Source: Rhizodiscina lignyota
Taxonomy: Eukaryota
DNA length: 64,000 bases
Assembly: GCA_010015805.1 (NCBI GenBank)
Contig: ML978122.1
Location: 1,150,453 to 1,214,452 of the forward strand
Direction: 5' to 3'
The notes under the pieces were generated by a model, which saw only the letters and a program-made list of their open reading frames with translations, was not told where the DNA came from and made no database searches. This document shows positions 24,316 to 36,767 of the stretch, one piece after another. Both the position numbers and the translations under genes were made by a program. The stretch's first letter is position 1, and each line of letters opens with the position of its first letter.

Positions 24316-26414
24316 ATGACTCCTTCAGTACGCCGCCCGGTGAGAGTGGCCGGCGCGTCCGGAGGTTACTCAGATCGTGTCCATGCTATCTCACGTCTTG
24401 CGGCAAACGAAGATGTCGACGTCATTGTCGGAGACTGGCTGTCAGGTATGCCTTCCTATTCCCGTCTAAGTGCGACGGATTGTGCTTACTGTTGGTCAGA
24501 ATTGACGATGACAATGCACGGCCCGGGCAAAGTCAAGAAACAATCCGAGCTCGGCGGCAAAGCCATGTCCTTCGAGGAGGAAGTCGCTAATGCCATGTTT
24601 GCCGAGAATTTCATGGACTGCTTCGAGCCAGCCATCGACGACCTCGCCAGGCGCGGTATCAAGCTCGCTGTGAACGCTGGTGCGTCTGACACAGAGATCC
24701 TTGCGAAACTCGTCGTTCAGAAGGTGAAGGCCAAGGGGTATAACCTCAAAGTTGCCTGGATTGAAGGCGATGAAGTCACGGGGACGGTGAAGGGCATGCT
24801 GGAGAAAGGGGATGGCTTCCAGAGTCTGATGCACGGAAAGAGTATCAAAGAATGGGGGCTTGAGCCCGTGTGCGCACAGTGCTACCTTGGTGGACTGGGG
24901 ATAGCGAAAGCTTTGACCGAGGGTGCCGATATTGTTATTGCTGGTCGCGTTTCTGACGCATCTCCAATCATTGGTGCCGCAGCGTAAGTTCGAACCAGTC
25001 AGGTTTTGTGAGGAATGTTCTGACAAATGCCAGTTGGTGGCATCAGTGGACATCAGAGCAGTTCGACGAGCTCGCCGGATCCCTTATCATCGGCCACCTG
25101 CTCGAGTGTGCCGCCTACGTGAGCGGTGGATATGATGCCGAATTCCGTGAGATCCTGAGGAAGGGAAAGCACATCAATATGGGTTTTCCAATCTGTGCCA
25201 TTGAGGGCGACGGCAGCGGGACCATGTACAAAGAGAAGAACACAGGTGGTGTCATGACTGTTGCATCCTGCACGTCTCAGGTAGACCCCTCCTCTGGCGA
25301 TATCTTGCACTGAATATTGACAAATTTGCCAGCTCCTCTACGAGATCCAAGGGCCACAGTACTACAACTGCGATGTGAGAATCCCTCTCGTTGGTACATT
25401 TTTGTTTGCATACTCACAGTTTGGATCCAGGTAACTGCGCAAATCGAAGATATCAAAATGGAGCAAGTTGGCGAAGACCGCGTTCGTGTCTGGGGCGTGA
25501 AGGGCTTGCCTCCACCACCTACTACTAAGGTCGGCATCACTGGGTTCGCAGGCTGGCAAGCCGAATATCACGTTTACCTTTGCGGCTTGCACATTGAGGA
25601 GAAGTGCAAGTGGACCGAAGACCAGGTCCGCTACGAGCTAGGCGAGGAGACACTGAAGAAATTCACCTTGCTCAAGTTCATGCAGAACGGTAGCAGCGTC
25701 ATCGATGCCAGGAACCAAGACGTTGCAACCGTTGACTTCAGGATCTTCGCGCAGAGCAAGGATCGAGAACTACTCAGCATGCGCAACCCAACCGGCTTCT
25801 TCCGAAAGAGCATGGTCACATTCCTACAGAGTTGCCCCGGCGCTTCATTGGGTAATGATATGAGACAAGCGGAAGGCAAGCCGTACTACGAGTATCACCC
25901 ATCTTTGCTGCCGCAGGAAAATGTGAAGCAAAGAGTCCATCTTCTCTGGGACGCACCACAGAAGGTCATCGAGATGCCACTGCCTCCCGAATTCAAAACA
26001 TATGACCGCCAGCAACCGTCGTACGATCCGAAGAACCCAATCTCCCTCGATTCTTTCGGCCCCACTGTACGGATGCCGCTTGGAAATATTGTCCTCGGCA
26101 GGTCAGGAGACAAGTGCAGCGACTGCAACGTTGGATTCTTTGTGCGCCACGACGATGAGTACGAGTGGCTGAGGAGCCTCCTCACAATCGACAAAATCAA
26201 GGAGCTGCTCGGCCCCGAGGAATACAAGGGCAAGCCGATCGACCGGTTTGAGATGCCAGGTATTAGGTCCGTACATTTCTTGCTACACGATCACTTGGAC
26301 CGCGGCTACGATGCCTGCTCGACGTACGATACCCTGGGAAAGAACTGTCTCGAGTATTTGCGTGCTAAGAGCGTCGATTTGCCCATTCGTTTTGTGCAGA
26401 GGGGTGTATTGTAG
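24316..26414 (+). CDS. AtuA/DUF1446 (acyclic terpene utilisation family) protein
   Basis: RVAGASGGYSD, VGDWLSE, ADIVIAGRVSDAS, GHLLEC, QLLYEIQGP, GRSGDK, YDTLGK; four introns. Confidence 0.9.
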
Positions 26415-27039
26415 ATTTATATTGTTGTTGATACCACGTAGTAATGTTTTACATGACACGCGGTAATTAGGAAGAAACATTTACTGAAGTTAAATATAAG
26501 ACCGCTGATAGGGATTGTCGTCACCCGTCGTCGTGGTTTGTTCGAAACGACTACACCGAACGTAGTGGCGCTTCAAGAAGCCCCGCACAGACGATCGAAG
26601 CGAGCAATTAAGTTGATACAAGCTGTAGCGGCGCTCGATTGATAAAGAATTTGAAGAGACATACCAGGGCATGCATTTTAATCCCAATCATCAAGTGACG
26701 TGACCAAAACTTCCCGAAACTCGGATGGCTACCTGAATTGCATCCCCGCTGATCCTCGGGGATATATACTTCGCACAGTGCCCCAAACCTTCCATCTTCA
26801 ATGATTTTTCCGTTCGCTTGGTCAGTCCGTATAAGGGCGCAGGGTTGTCCTAACGCGCTCCTGGCGAATGATATTGATTATTGACCGAAGGCATTTCGAG
26901 AAGAAATAGTAGGCTATCGTATAAGTACGGGTAGATCTCGTTACCTTTTATGTTTTGTCATCATCTGTACTGCCGTTGACTAGCTGCGCTTATTTACGTT
27001 TCAAGAAACAGTATATTAAAGTGTCAAAACTGTGTCGGA

Positions 27040-28374
27040 ATGGCGGACGCCATGTCATCGTTCAAGATGCTAACCACATTCGCTGTCTTCTGTCTCTATT
27101 CTCTGCTCATACCTCCAATTTCTGCCTCACCACCGCCTGCTGATTCATACTGGAAAGTGTCTCCTCCAATTGACGTCAATGACCGTCTCTATGCCGGTCA
27201 GCCTCAACTTCCAGCAACTCACAAGCTCATCTACAACGCCTCACAAGTTGGCCGCACTTATGCTCATCACACAATGCTCCGTGCTGTGGGGAATACAGTC
27301 TACCTCATCCACTCTACCGCCGCCGTGGATGAGGACCAGCAAAGCGAGGAAACCTGGACGTCCGTCTCCAACGACGGCGGCGAGACGTGGAGTGAGACTC
27401 GTGTATTGCTTCCCCAGGCACTCCTACCGAACCAGACAAGCCCAGAGGACTATATTTATTGGTGCGAGAGGAAGGTCTGGCAGCGTGCGATCGCGCCGGA
27501 CTCGATTGTTGAGGTCGATGGCGAGGTGTATGGCGTCGGCCAGACGGCGGTCTTCATGTGCCCTGATGGCAAGAACAACTTCCGAAAAGGCGCAGGGAGA
27601 ATCGCACGGGTAATTGACAGGTACGGAAGACCATCAGGAGGCGCATGCTGGGTGACGAAGAATAATTGGACGGATGAAGTACAGTTCGACAAGACAGTGT
27701 ATGGGCAAGAGTGGGGTATGCAATGGTGCAAGCATGCTAGGGAAATCGAGGCCATACTAGACGATCCGCCAGAGATTCCAATGGACAGTGACTACCTGTA
27801 CAACAACGATTTCTTTGCCATCGATGGGAAGCATGAAATGGAAGAGGTAACGCACGGGCTGTGGATCAAGGACAGGAGCGTGCGACCTTATGGGGGGTAT
27901 TGGCAGCGATTTTGGCGAGACGGTAGTGATGAAGACCTCTTTACTGGACGGGTCTGGGTCGAATACGCTTACGATAAGCTGGGACGAGACTGGTATCCGA
28001 AGAAGCCAGAATCGCACAAGATATACGAAACCAATATCCCAGATAGAGGGTCCAAGCAGTATCTCGGACGGCTAGGCAACGGAGACCGCTACCTCGTCCA
28101 TAATCCGCGGTACAACGCGAGTTGTTTCTCTCAATGTGATAGGGAGCCACTGGTGGTTTCCATGTCGAGAGGGAGCGATTTGAGTTATCGGAGCGCCGGC
28201 GTTGTGAGGACGAACGCGAGTAGCCATAAAATTCCGGGGATGAGCAAAAACCCTGGGTTCAGTTACCCTTCCGCAGTGGAGGTGGACGGAAGGCTTCTTG
28301 TTGGATATAGTGAGAATAAGGAGAATATCTGGTTGACTTTGGTTGATGTTGATAATTTGCCGGGTTGTGATTAG
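27040..28374 (+). CDS. Secreted Asp-box (BNR) beta-propeller, sialidase-like protein
   Basis: Signal peptide; SNDGGETW Asp-box; C-terminal GFSYPSAVEVDGRLLVGYSENKENI; intronless 444-aa ORF. Confidence 0.75.
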   Translation: MADAMSSFKMLTTFAVFCLYSLLIPPISASPPPADSYWKVSPPIDVNDRLYAGQPQLPATHKLIYNASQVGRTYAHHTMLRAVGNTVYLIHSTAAVDEDQQSEETWTSVSNDGGETWSETRVLLPQALLPNQTSPEDYIYWCERKVWQRAIAPDSIVEVDGEVYGVGQTAVFMCPDGKNNFRKGAGRIARVIDRYGRPSGGACWVTKNNWTDEVQFDKTVYGQEWGMQWCKHAREIEAILDDPPEIPMDSDYLYNNDFFAIDGKHEMEEVTHGLWIKDRSVRPYGGYWQRFWRDGSDEDLFTGRVWVEYAYDKLGRDWYPKKPESHKIYETNIPDRGSKQYLGRLGNGDRYLVHNPRYNASCFSQCDREPLVVSMSRGSDLSYRSAGVVRTNASSHKIPGMSKNPGFSYPSAVEVDGRLLVGYSENKENIWLTLVDVDNLPGCD

Positions 28375-29069
28375 CAGTACGAATAAAGATGACTGACCAT
28401 GGAGGTAGTAATATACTCTATTCTACTTATGTTTGAGGATGTCCGTTATGATACCTCAACCTGATCTATCGAGAGCAGCTCCCTAGTGTGGCTGAAGAGA
28501 GCCCATGCGCATTCTCTACTAGATAATGCGCAGGCTTTGCGGCAGCTTTCGTCTACCACTGATGATATCTCGATCGTAATCTGCTCTGGAATGAAAACTA
28601 ATCAGAATTGGATAAAAAGACATATAGCCCTGTCATCTGATGAGTGAGAGTGTAACGCAGTAGAAGGTTGGTGAAGAGGAGCGGGAGTCGTCAACTGTTA
28701 AAATGCCGAACTGCCGATTCTTTGATTTTGGTACGCACGGATTGAGAAAACTTCTGCTCCCCCCAAATGCATCGTTGTAATACACCTCGACCATCGAAAA
28801 CCAGCCTTTTAACTTTCCAGGTTTATGAAGGAAATTTGTAACTGAATGCATTAGAGAGCATGCAGCTCGACAATATAACCAAACCCCTCAACCAGCGCGT
28901 CTGATCCCCGACGCGTCTTGTCGTGACGTCCACGATCGAAACTCTCCATCGCTGTCGTCACCACCTCGAACAGCTCTCAAAATGCCTTCTATCTTTCCAT
29001 CCCTTCGTCTCTGCAGCGCAGTTATCAAACATTTCATATTCGAGGCATCACTTGAACCTTCCTTGGACA

Positions 29070-29990
29070 ATGGGCGTAACGCATAGCACCGCACGATACC
29101 TAGCGCCAGCGAGCTTCATTTTCGACTTTGCCCTTCAGCAATATGGCATCTTTTCGAAGCCAAATATGGTGGACGTACATAATGATAACTTGTCGTTCTT
29201 CTCTCCCCAATATCAATTCATAGGGGCCTTCTTCTTTCCGCAACAGATTTTCCAGTTGGCGTGGCTATGGAAGCTCTGGAAAGGCGACATGCCTAAGGAG
29301 GATCTAGATGAGATGGTGGACTATGCGCCATTCTATATTTTAGGGAACGTTTGCATAGGAAGTAAGCACCAATTTGTTAGTTGGCTACTCACGCCATGTT
29401 GAGGATGTTGATGGACAGACGAAACTGATTTGCGGTCGCCATTATAGCGTGGATGTTCTTCTGGAACTCCAGTAACCTCTCCGTGTCCAATCTCTTCGTA
29501 ATTGTCAATTCAACAGCACAGCTCGCTTATCTGGCCACACGCCTTAAGCCCTTGCGGACCTCATCTACACCTTCGATCCTCACGCACGTCTGCGCAAAGA
29601 CTTTCGCTGGCATCGGGGTCCTGGACCTGCTTCACAATACCTCGGCCGCATACTACGTTGGCCAGTCACCGAACCAGCTCGTCCAAGTCCTCACGGGCGT
29701 TGGCTTTGCAGCTTTGGGGAGTGTGAGCGATTGGATATTCGGAGGATGTCTGGTGTATGATCTCGTTGCGCTCTCAGTGGGACAGCCAGGCAACTGGGGC
29801 AAGCTACTTGGTGCGTATGCGGTAGGCACTGCTGCCATTGTTGGATTGAGGAACTGGATATGGTGAGTTTGGGCTTCGCGATTCGAAGTCCTCGAGGACC
29901 ACGTGGTAACTGTATTTCCACAGGCCTCCATACATTTCCAGAAATGGTGAATATCAGAACATTGAAGCAGGAGTTCAGGACCGAGTTTGA
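29070..29990 (+). CDS. Fungal multi-pass membrane protein, unknown function
   Basis: Three exons join in frame (introns ~29361-29448, 29863-29923); several hydrophobic segments. Confidence 0.75.
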
Positions 29991-31074
29991 CGGTCTGTGA
30001 GCCTAAAGCTCGATGATGAAGACCAGTGTCGCGTGACTAGGCGCCAGGACCAGTAGAGTGTTGAACGCTTGATGCTGTTGACGCCAGAGTATTTCTGTTA
30101 GCTTATAGATATACTAGATCGATCTCAACATGATCTAGCGGCGGGTAGTGCGGCAAAGGACGCCCATTGTTCCTTTGTCTGCTTCGTCTCCGCTTTCTGA
30201 ACAGACTCGACCTTGCATCTTGCGAGGGCAGTCGTGCCGAGCGAGTAGATGATATGAATACAGTAAGAGGGTACTTGGGCACTAGAAGCGATTAAAGTAC
30301 AGATGAATGACAATGGTCACTTGTCTCAATCATCTGTGCCGGCGCAGGGTCTCGTGCCGCAATGCGCGACATCCATGCCCACCCATGGCTCCCGCTCGGA
30401 GCACATTGCGAGCTGGGCACGACCACCATCGTGAATCACCCGCACCCTCTTTTGCAGCGCCTATCAGTCCTTATCAGCGTCTGCCGCCAACCACACCCAC
30501 AATCGCCCGGAACATCTGGGGCTGATTCCCCAAATCCAAGCATGAAACTGCCTAATCCAGCTCGGCTTGACTCGCACAGCATGCCCGGTGCCCCAGCACT
30601 CGTGCCGAGTGACGCTCCTCTATCGAGTGGCTTACAGTTGGGAACCGCTGACTTCAACCATCAACAAGTCGTCTCTTGTCTTCTCTATCTCTCTCCTACA
30701 GTCTCGCCTCTCTGTTCATCTTGAATTATCATTATCGTTGCATGGTCGCGTGCTTTGTTCCTTGCTAAAGGCCTTTGTCTAGCTTCGTCGCGACCCTCCT
30801 GCCTAGGTACTCGCGACAGACGATACCGAACCGCCGAGACCATCCGGTGGCAGAACTGTGTTGAAATGCTTCCAGCGGGTCGATATTAACAGTTCACGAC
30901 GGTTTACGTCTCGTACTATTCCTCCTTAACGCCTTTGTTCCGTGATCTCGTGGCTGTGCGGGTCCTGCCCCAGCCGCGGCGCAGCGTGCGTGACCTCGAA
31001 GCGGGAGACGAACTCCCCAACATATACACTCTATCGTCCCAATTAGCATCGAACAGCAGCAGCAGAACCGTACC

Positions 31075-32571
31075 ATGTCTTCTCTTCTCTTCGCTTCCGA
31101 CCCTCTCCCCGACCACTGTACTCCGACAAACCACTTCCTCACACAATTCTCTCGGACGTTTCACACTTGCGTTCCTACGCCTCTAGCTTTCATATCGACG
31201 CTGCTCGGCTGCCTTAGCATTGCATCATGGCTGTTCGCACAAATGCCTCAGATATACAAGAATTGGAGGTTACATTCGACGTCAGGGCTGAGCATATTTT
31301 TCCTCGTTGAATGGCTTCTCGGCGACGCGTCGAATTTGCTGGGCTGTATATTCACTGAACAAGCAACGTGGCAGGTCGTGTTGGCGTGCTATTATTGCTT
31401 TGTTGACATCATGTTGGTGGCACAATGGCTCTGGTATGAGCGTTTGCGGCATGGAAGGCCGTGGAGAAGATCGGGCGAGTCAAGTGCAGACGCCCCAGGA
31501 AGGACAGACCCGATGGAAGAAGTCAATCAGTCTGCTACTGGAGCTGTGAGGCCTCCGATACAACGTACACCTTCCAAGCCAATTCAATCAACATCAATGG
31601 GCATGTTCCGTATGCCACGATTTTCTTTCTCGCCATCATCATTTCGACGGAATGGCGACGATGATAATGGTGACACTAGTCCTCCGGCCGATACTCCTAA
31701 CAATCGTACAATCACTAGGTTAGGACCCGCAACAAATTCTGCTGGGCTTGGTGTGTCTCCAAGAACGGTACTCTACATTTCCATGGTACTCGCGGTGCTC
31801 TCTCACACCACCGCTGCATCTCCAATGCGAGAATCGAGAGCTCCAATAGTAGTACTCGTAGTTTCGGAGTCGCCCATACAGATAGCAGGGCGCCTTCTCT
31901 CTTGGATTTCTACATTCGCATACCTCATCTCTCGCCTGCCACAGCTATACAAGAATTTCAGACGAAAGTCAACCTCCGGCCTCTCACCGCACCTCTTCGT
32001 CGCCGCGTTCTTCGGCAATCTTTTCTACTCAACTTCGATTCTAACCAACCCATCTGCGTGGTCTAACTTTCCACCTTACGGCGGCCACGGATGGGCCGGC
32101 CCCGAAGGATCAGATCAAGCGACTTGGGTCAGCAAAGCAGTGCCATTCTGGCTCGGTGCCGCGGGAGTACTCATCATGGACGCCGCTATTGGTGTTCAAT
32201 TCCTCGTCTATGGTGATGGCGGCGTGAGCGCGAAACCTGAGATAGTCGTGGAAGAATTTGTAGAGCCGCAGCCCGGTGAAGGCGACGGCATGGAGCGCAG
32301 CACGCAGAGCATCGTGATCAAGCGACCTTGGCGTCGTGTGAACGGCTGGATGAGGGGGTGGGTGCCGAGTGTGAGCGTAGCTGGAACGCCGCAGCCCGCA
32401 ACGCCGAGGGATTGGGGCAGCATTGAGAGTAATGAAGGGAGTGTTGATGAGGGTGAGGGAAGGAGTCTTGGAGAAGAGGTGGCACGATGGGAAGAGAGAC
32501 AAAGGTTACTTAGCACAAGGACAGGCGATGGGGAAGAGGAAGAGGAGGCACGGAGCTATGGAGCAGTTTGA
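31075..32571 (+). CDS. PQ-loop repeat vacuolar amino-acid transporter (Ypq/PQLC2-like)
   Basis: Two PQ loops: AQMPQIYKNW..STSGLS and SRLPQLYKNFRRKSTSGLS; C-terminal RQRLL/SYGAV sorting-like signals. Confidence 0.92.
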   Translation: MSSLLFASDPLPDHCTPTNHFLTQFSRTFHTCVPTPLAFISTLLGCLSIASWLFAQMPQIYKNWRLHSTSGLSIFFLVEWLLGDASNLLGCIFTEQATWQVVLACYYCFVDIMLVAQWLWYERLRHGRPWRRSGESSADAPGRTDPMEEVNQSATGAVRPPIQRTPSKPIQSTSMGMFRMPRFSFSPSSFRRNGDDDNGDTSPPADTPNNRTITRLGPATNSAGLGVSPRTVLYISMVLAVLSHTTAASPMRESRAPIVVLVVSESPIQIAGRLLSWISTFAYLISRLPQLYKNFRRKSTSGLSPHLFVAAFFGNLFYSTSILTNPSAWSNFPPYGGHGWAGPEGSDQATWVSKAVPFWLGAAGVLIMDAAIGVQFLVYGDGGVSAKPEIVVEEFVEPQPGEGDGMERSTQSIVIKRPWRRVNGWMRGWVPSVSVAGTPQPATPRDWGSIESNEGSVDEGEGRSLGEEVARWEERQRLLSTRTGDGEEEEEARSYGAV

Positions 32572-32861
32572 ATGTGACTTGCATGGGCCATGGCGTTTAG
32601 CGTTGATATAAGAGAGTGGGTATTCTTGGGAGGCCCAGGAGAAACCACGCATGGAATTTTACCTGTAACGATGGAACGACTGCGAACGGTGTAGTCTCTG
32701 AGGAGGCCACTTAGACTTGTAATACCTCTTATGACAGCAGACACGAATGTCCTTCTACGTTTGATGAAGCGAAATATGGTATAGCATAACCGTCCGTCTG
32801 TAGCCACGACAGAGTCTCATTGTACGCCGCCCCCGTGCTGAATTCTCCAAACTTTATCTCA

Positions 32862-33065
32862 TCAGGCTCCTCCGCCACCGCCATCTCCACCAAATCCACC
32901 GCCTCCTCCGTCTCCTCCCCCTCCAGAATGGTGATGACCATAGTATGCTCCTCCACTGTCGCCTCCTCCGCCAGTATTAGTCGGGTAATAATAGTTTTGA
33001 GCGCCGCCTCCAGCTGCACTCTCCCTGGGGCGTAGGCTAAGGGCACGGGAGAGGCCGCAGCCCAT
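32862..33065 (-). CDS. Small Gly-rich protein with MGCxxS lipidation-like N-terminus
   Basis: 67-aa ORF MGCGLSR...YYGHHHSGGGG; good start context (GCAAGC ATG G). Confidence 0.5.
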   Translation of the reverse strand: MGCGLSRALSLRPRESAAGGGAQNYYYPTNTGGGGDSGGAYYGHHHSGGGGDGGGGGFGGDGGGGGA

Positions 33066-34060
33066 GCTTGCTGTAGAACTTATCGTCGTCGAGGTCGGAT
33101 TCGGTTGACTATCGAGGAGAGGTTATCGATCCAAAGGACGGGAGGACGACAAGTGGAGTTGGAATCTGGTTTCGGCGATAAATGAATGGCTGGAATTGAA
33201 GGGAACGCGAGGCGAGAGTGAAAGTGCTGAGATTGTCGTGATGAGGGCGTTCACGAGAAAAAGTGAGGCATGGGAGTGCTACAATATATTTCTTTCGCTC
33301 AACATGTTCTTTCTCGTCTTATATTACTTGGGGACAGTCATAGCGTATAAAACCCAGCTAGAACAGAACGATACAAAGCTAAGAGCAGCTAAAGGTCTTC
33401 CGAATCGACGAAGATTAGGATGCACAGTACTTGGCGAAGATACAGCAGTCGCTTAGGAGATGTGTACGGATAATGAATCATGAATGTCGAGGATGGGACG
33501 GGCAAGGTAACGGTCTAAGCTCAAGGGCCAAATGAGTGAGATGGACTTCAAATCAAGCCAAATGTTATATTGTCATGTTTGGGACTCAGGCCATCCTATC
33601 CACGTATATAAAGATGTTGATGGCCAATCGTACGAAGAAATCTGAGGAAAGTTTTCTTCGGCTTGAACTGTCCCTGCAACATCGCGTTCGAATGCCGCAG
33701 AAGCCACTTCAGCTATCGTACCCCTGTAGCATTGCACGACTCGAACAGCGTCAGTGTGCCTCAGTTACATGACTACTACGAATATCGCTTCAGCTCTTAG
33801 TGTCTCTAGATAGGATATCTGCATTGAAGGGAAAGTTCTTTCGGGACTGGCAGCCTGGCGCTTGACAAGGCTCGTTGACGATTTGGCCCCATTCGAAATC
33901 TAGAAGATGACCTGCTTCAGCCACGTACTAGGCAATACGACGGTTCAGGCAACACTTTCAATGTGTGCATTTAAAAGAGCGCATATGGATGGAAGTGTGG
34001 ATGGATAGCGTGTGGAAAGCTGAAGCTGCAAATTCAAGATCGGCAAGATCTCACTCAAGT

Positions 34061-34991
34061 ATGGCTAAATCTCAGACTCCAGAACTGTCTCCAATCAAAG
34101 CGATACCAGGATTGTTTATATCAGAGTACGTGTCCTTCGGTTAGCTTCGCACAAGCCATCTCTCTCCATTGCGACGCATTCCAGGTCTAATCTCTCTTCA
34201 GTCGTTTCGCTGCCGCTGCTCCATCAAACATCCGAGAGCACAATATCGTGAGGGTTCTCTCCATAGTCCGGCCAAACGAAATACCGCAATCTCATGCAGA
34301 AAGATTTACGGATTCAAGCTCTCAGGACAACCAGCCAGAGGTCGAAATCAGGTCCATCCCTATCGATGATGACCCTACTGAGGATATCTTACAGCATCTA
34401 CGGCCAGCGTGCGACTGGATCGAACAAGGTCTCGAAAGGCGCTTGGAGTCGAATTCAGATGTTCAGGCCGGCGTCTTGGTTCACTGTCGGTTAGGCATTT
34501 CCCGATCAGGAGCATTCGTTGTTGCATACCTTATGCACAAACTGCAGTTATCATTCTCTGCGGCGCTTGCTTTAGCTCGAGACTCTCGGTCCATGATATG
34601 CCCTAACGATGGGTTTGAGCGCCAGCTCCGGATCTGGGAAATTTGCGAGTATGATATCTACACGGACGAGCCGTCTGCCGAAGCAGCTGAGCGCAAGGAG
34701 AAAAGAGCCTACACGGTCTGGAAAGCTGAACGCGACAACCTGTTAAAGCGTGGAGAAGAGGACGTAAATAGGGCACGGTTCTCATCAATGGCGAGTATGG
34801 CCGCGCATTTTGGGAAGAGAAGGCAAGAGGCGAGCCGTGATGCAGAGATAAAGAGAGAGAAAGGAGAAGAGGAGAGCGCAGATGAGAGTGAAAGGAAGGA
34901 GGGGTGGGACAAGGTGAAGAAGATGGAAGAGGAGTGGAATGATAGACTGAAGAGAGGCATAACGGCGGGTGAAAACGACGGGAACAGTTAA
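34061..34991 (+). CDS. Dual-specificity protein phosphatase
   Basis: IPGLFISD exon, intron 34126-34201, VLVHCRLGISRS P-loop, AYLM, PNDGFERQL. Confidence 0.92.
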
Positions 34992-35220
34992 ACAGCTAGC
35001 ATTGTATTATAGAAACTTCGTGCATCAATCGGTGTATCAATGTCAGACTGCCTGTTCCACTCTATTCTAATGATGCTTTCTCCAATGCAGACCCCACCCA
35101 ATTGATACAGCTTGTCAAAGTCGTCAACATCGCAAATATACAAAGCACCAGGCGGTATTAGCCATGTCAGCTCGTCATTGGTTCAAACTCTGCTCTCTGA
35201 AATTTCATGGATGTGCTCGA

Positions 35221-35612
35221 GGATTATAATCGTCACACTACCGAAACGAGACGGCAGCGGGTCGACTTCAGACCCGCCTCGGCAATGATATGATGCATAA
35301 GCTGCTTTACATCATTTCCCATCAGCTACATCATCTAGAGATTCTTTTATCTTGGCCTTTATGTGTGAACTTGAGCCCACTACCCAAGGATTATAATCGC
35401 GACAGCTCACAAGACGAGGCGGCGCGGACAGACTTCAGGCCCGGTTAGGCAATGGGTGAACCGCGTAACCAGCTCTCATATCTCGTCATTGGCTACATCG
35501 AATACAGATCCTCTATCCGGAAATCTACGTGCCAGCTGGAGGCTGATGCTTGAGATTTATAATCGTTAAATGGCTTCACCTCGCAAGTCAAGCGAATTCC
35601 ATCAGACTTCAG
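35221..35612. repeat. Degenerate tandem repeat, ~167-bp unit, about 3 copies
   Basis: TTATAATCG at 35224, 35391, 35557; GACTTCAG at 35264, 35431, 35605; GGCAATG and GCTACATC recur in copies 1-2. Confidence 0.75.
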
Positions 35613-35830
35613 ATACCAATTCTCGTTCGGAAGCTCGTCGAGCCGGTTCGAGCTGGATGGATGCCATTGAGCGTGTCGCGATGTTTCCAGATCATGTATA
35701 AAAGAACTTGGAAATCTTGCCTTGTGGCATTCATATGTTCAGTAGACTTGAATCGACCGATTCTTACCTTTATAAATCTGCTACTGCCAACCAACAATCT
35801 CATAGTTCCTTAAGCTTTCCTTTGGAGATC

Positions 35831-36716
35831 ATGTCTGCCCACGACCAAGAGAAATACCTCAACAAACTCAAAGGAGCCAACGTCCTCGTCATCGGTGGGA
35901 CCTCCGGCATCGGCTTCGCTGTGGCCGAAGCATCGCTCGAGTACGGTGCATTCGTCACAGTCTCCTCCTCAAATCCGGAGCGTGTACATAAAGCCGTTGC
36001 AGAGCTTCAAGCCGCTTATCCAAGCAGGAAGGACCGTGTGAAAGGATATGAATGCGACTTGGGTGAGCAGGCAACATTGGATGCGAATATGCGCGGCTTG
36101 CTCGAGAGGGTGGTGGACGATACGGGGAGAAAGATTGACCACGTCGTTCACACAGCTGGTGGAGGCGGGCTCCTTGAGGGGAAATTGGCTGAAATGGGCC
36201 CAGGCGATATTCTTGGGCAACCTGGTGAGTGGAGCATTTGATTATCTCGCGTTGATCCCTTGGTCAGAGACGAATACCGATGAGGCTTGACCAGTAATGA
36301 CGCGCTTCTTCGCGCCCCTCATGCTCGCCAAACATGCTCCGGAGTACATGTCGCCAGGGCCTCGCTCCTCAATCACGCTCACCTCCGGTGTTATCGCAAT
36401 GCGGCCTATGCGTGGTGGCATGGCTAGCATTCAATCTGCTTTCGCTGCAGGTCTGATTGGTATGACGAAAGGCATGGCGATGGATCTTGCGCCGATGAGG
36501 GTCAACTTGGTACTCCCTGGTCCTGTGGATACGCCGCTATACGATCCGCTTCCAGAGGCCGTGAGAGAAGGTATGAAGGCGCAAGTTGGAGGAACTACAC
36601 TTACAAAGCGATTTGGTAGACCAGAGGATCTGGCAGAGAGCTATTTGGCGTGTATGAAGGATGAAAACTTGACCGGGGCATCTCTGGAAACAAACGGAGG
36701 AATCAGCTTGGTATGA
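35831..36716 (+). CDS. Short-chain dehydrogenase/reductase (atypical)
   Basis: VIGGTSGIG, HVVHTAG, SITLTSG, APMRVNLVLPGPVDTPL; one intron ~36225-36294. Confidence 0.9.
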
Positions 36717-36767
36717 GCAATTGAATGTCCCAGTCGCTGAAAGCCGAGAATGTAGTCAATTAAAGCA

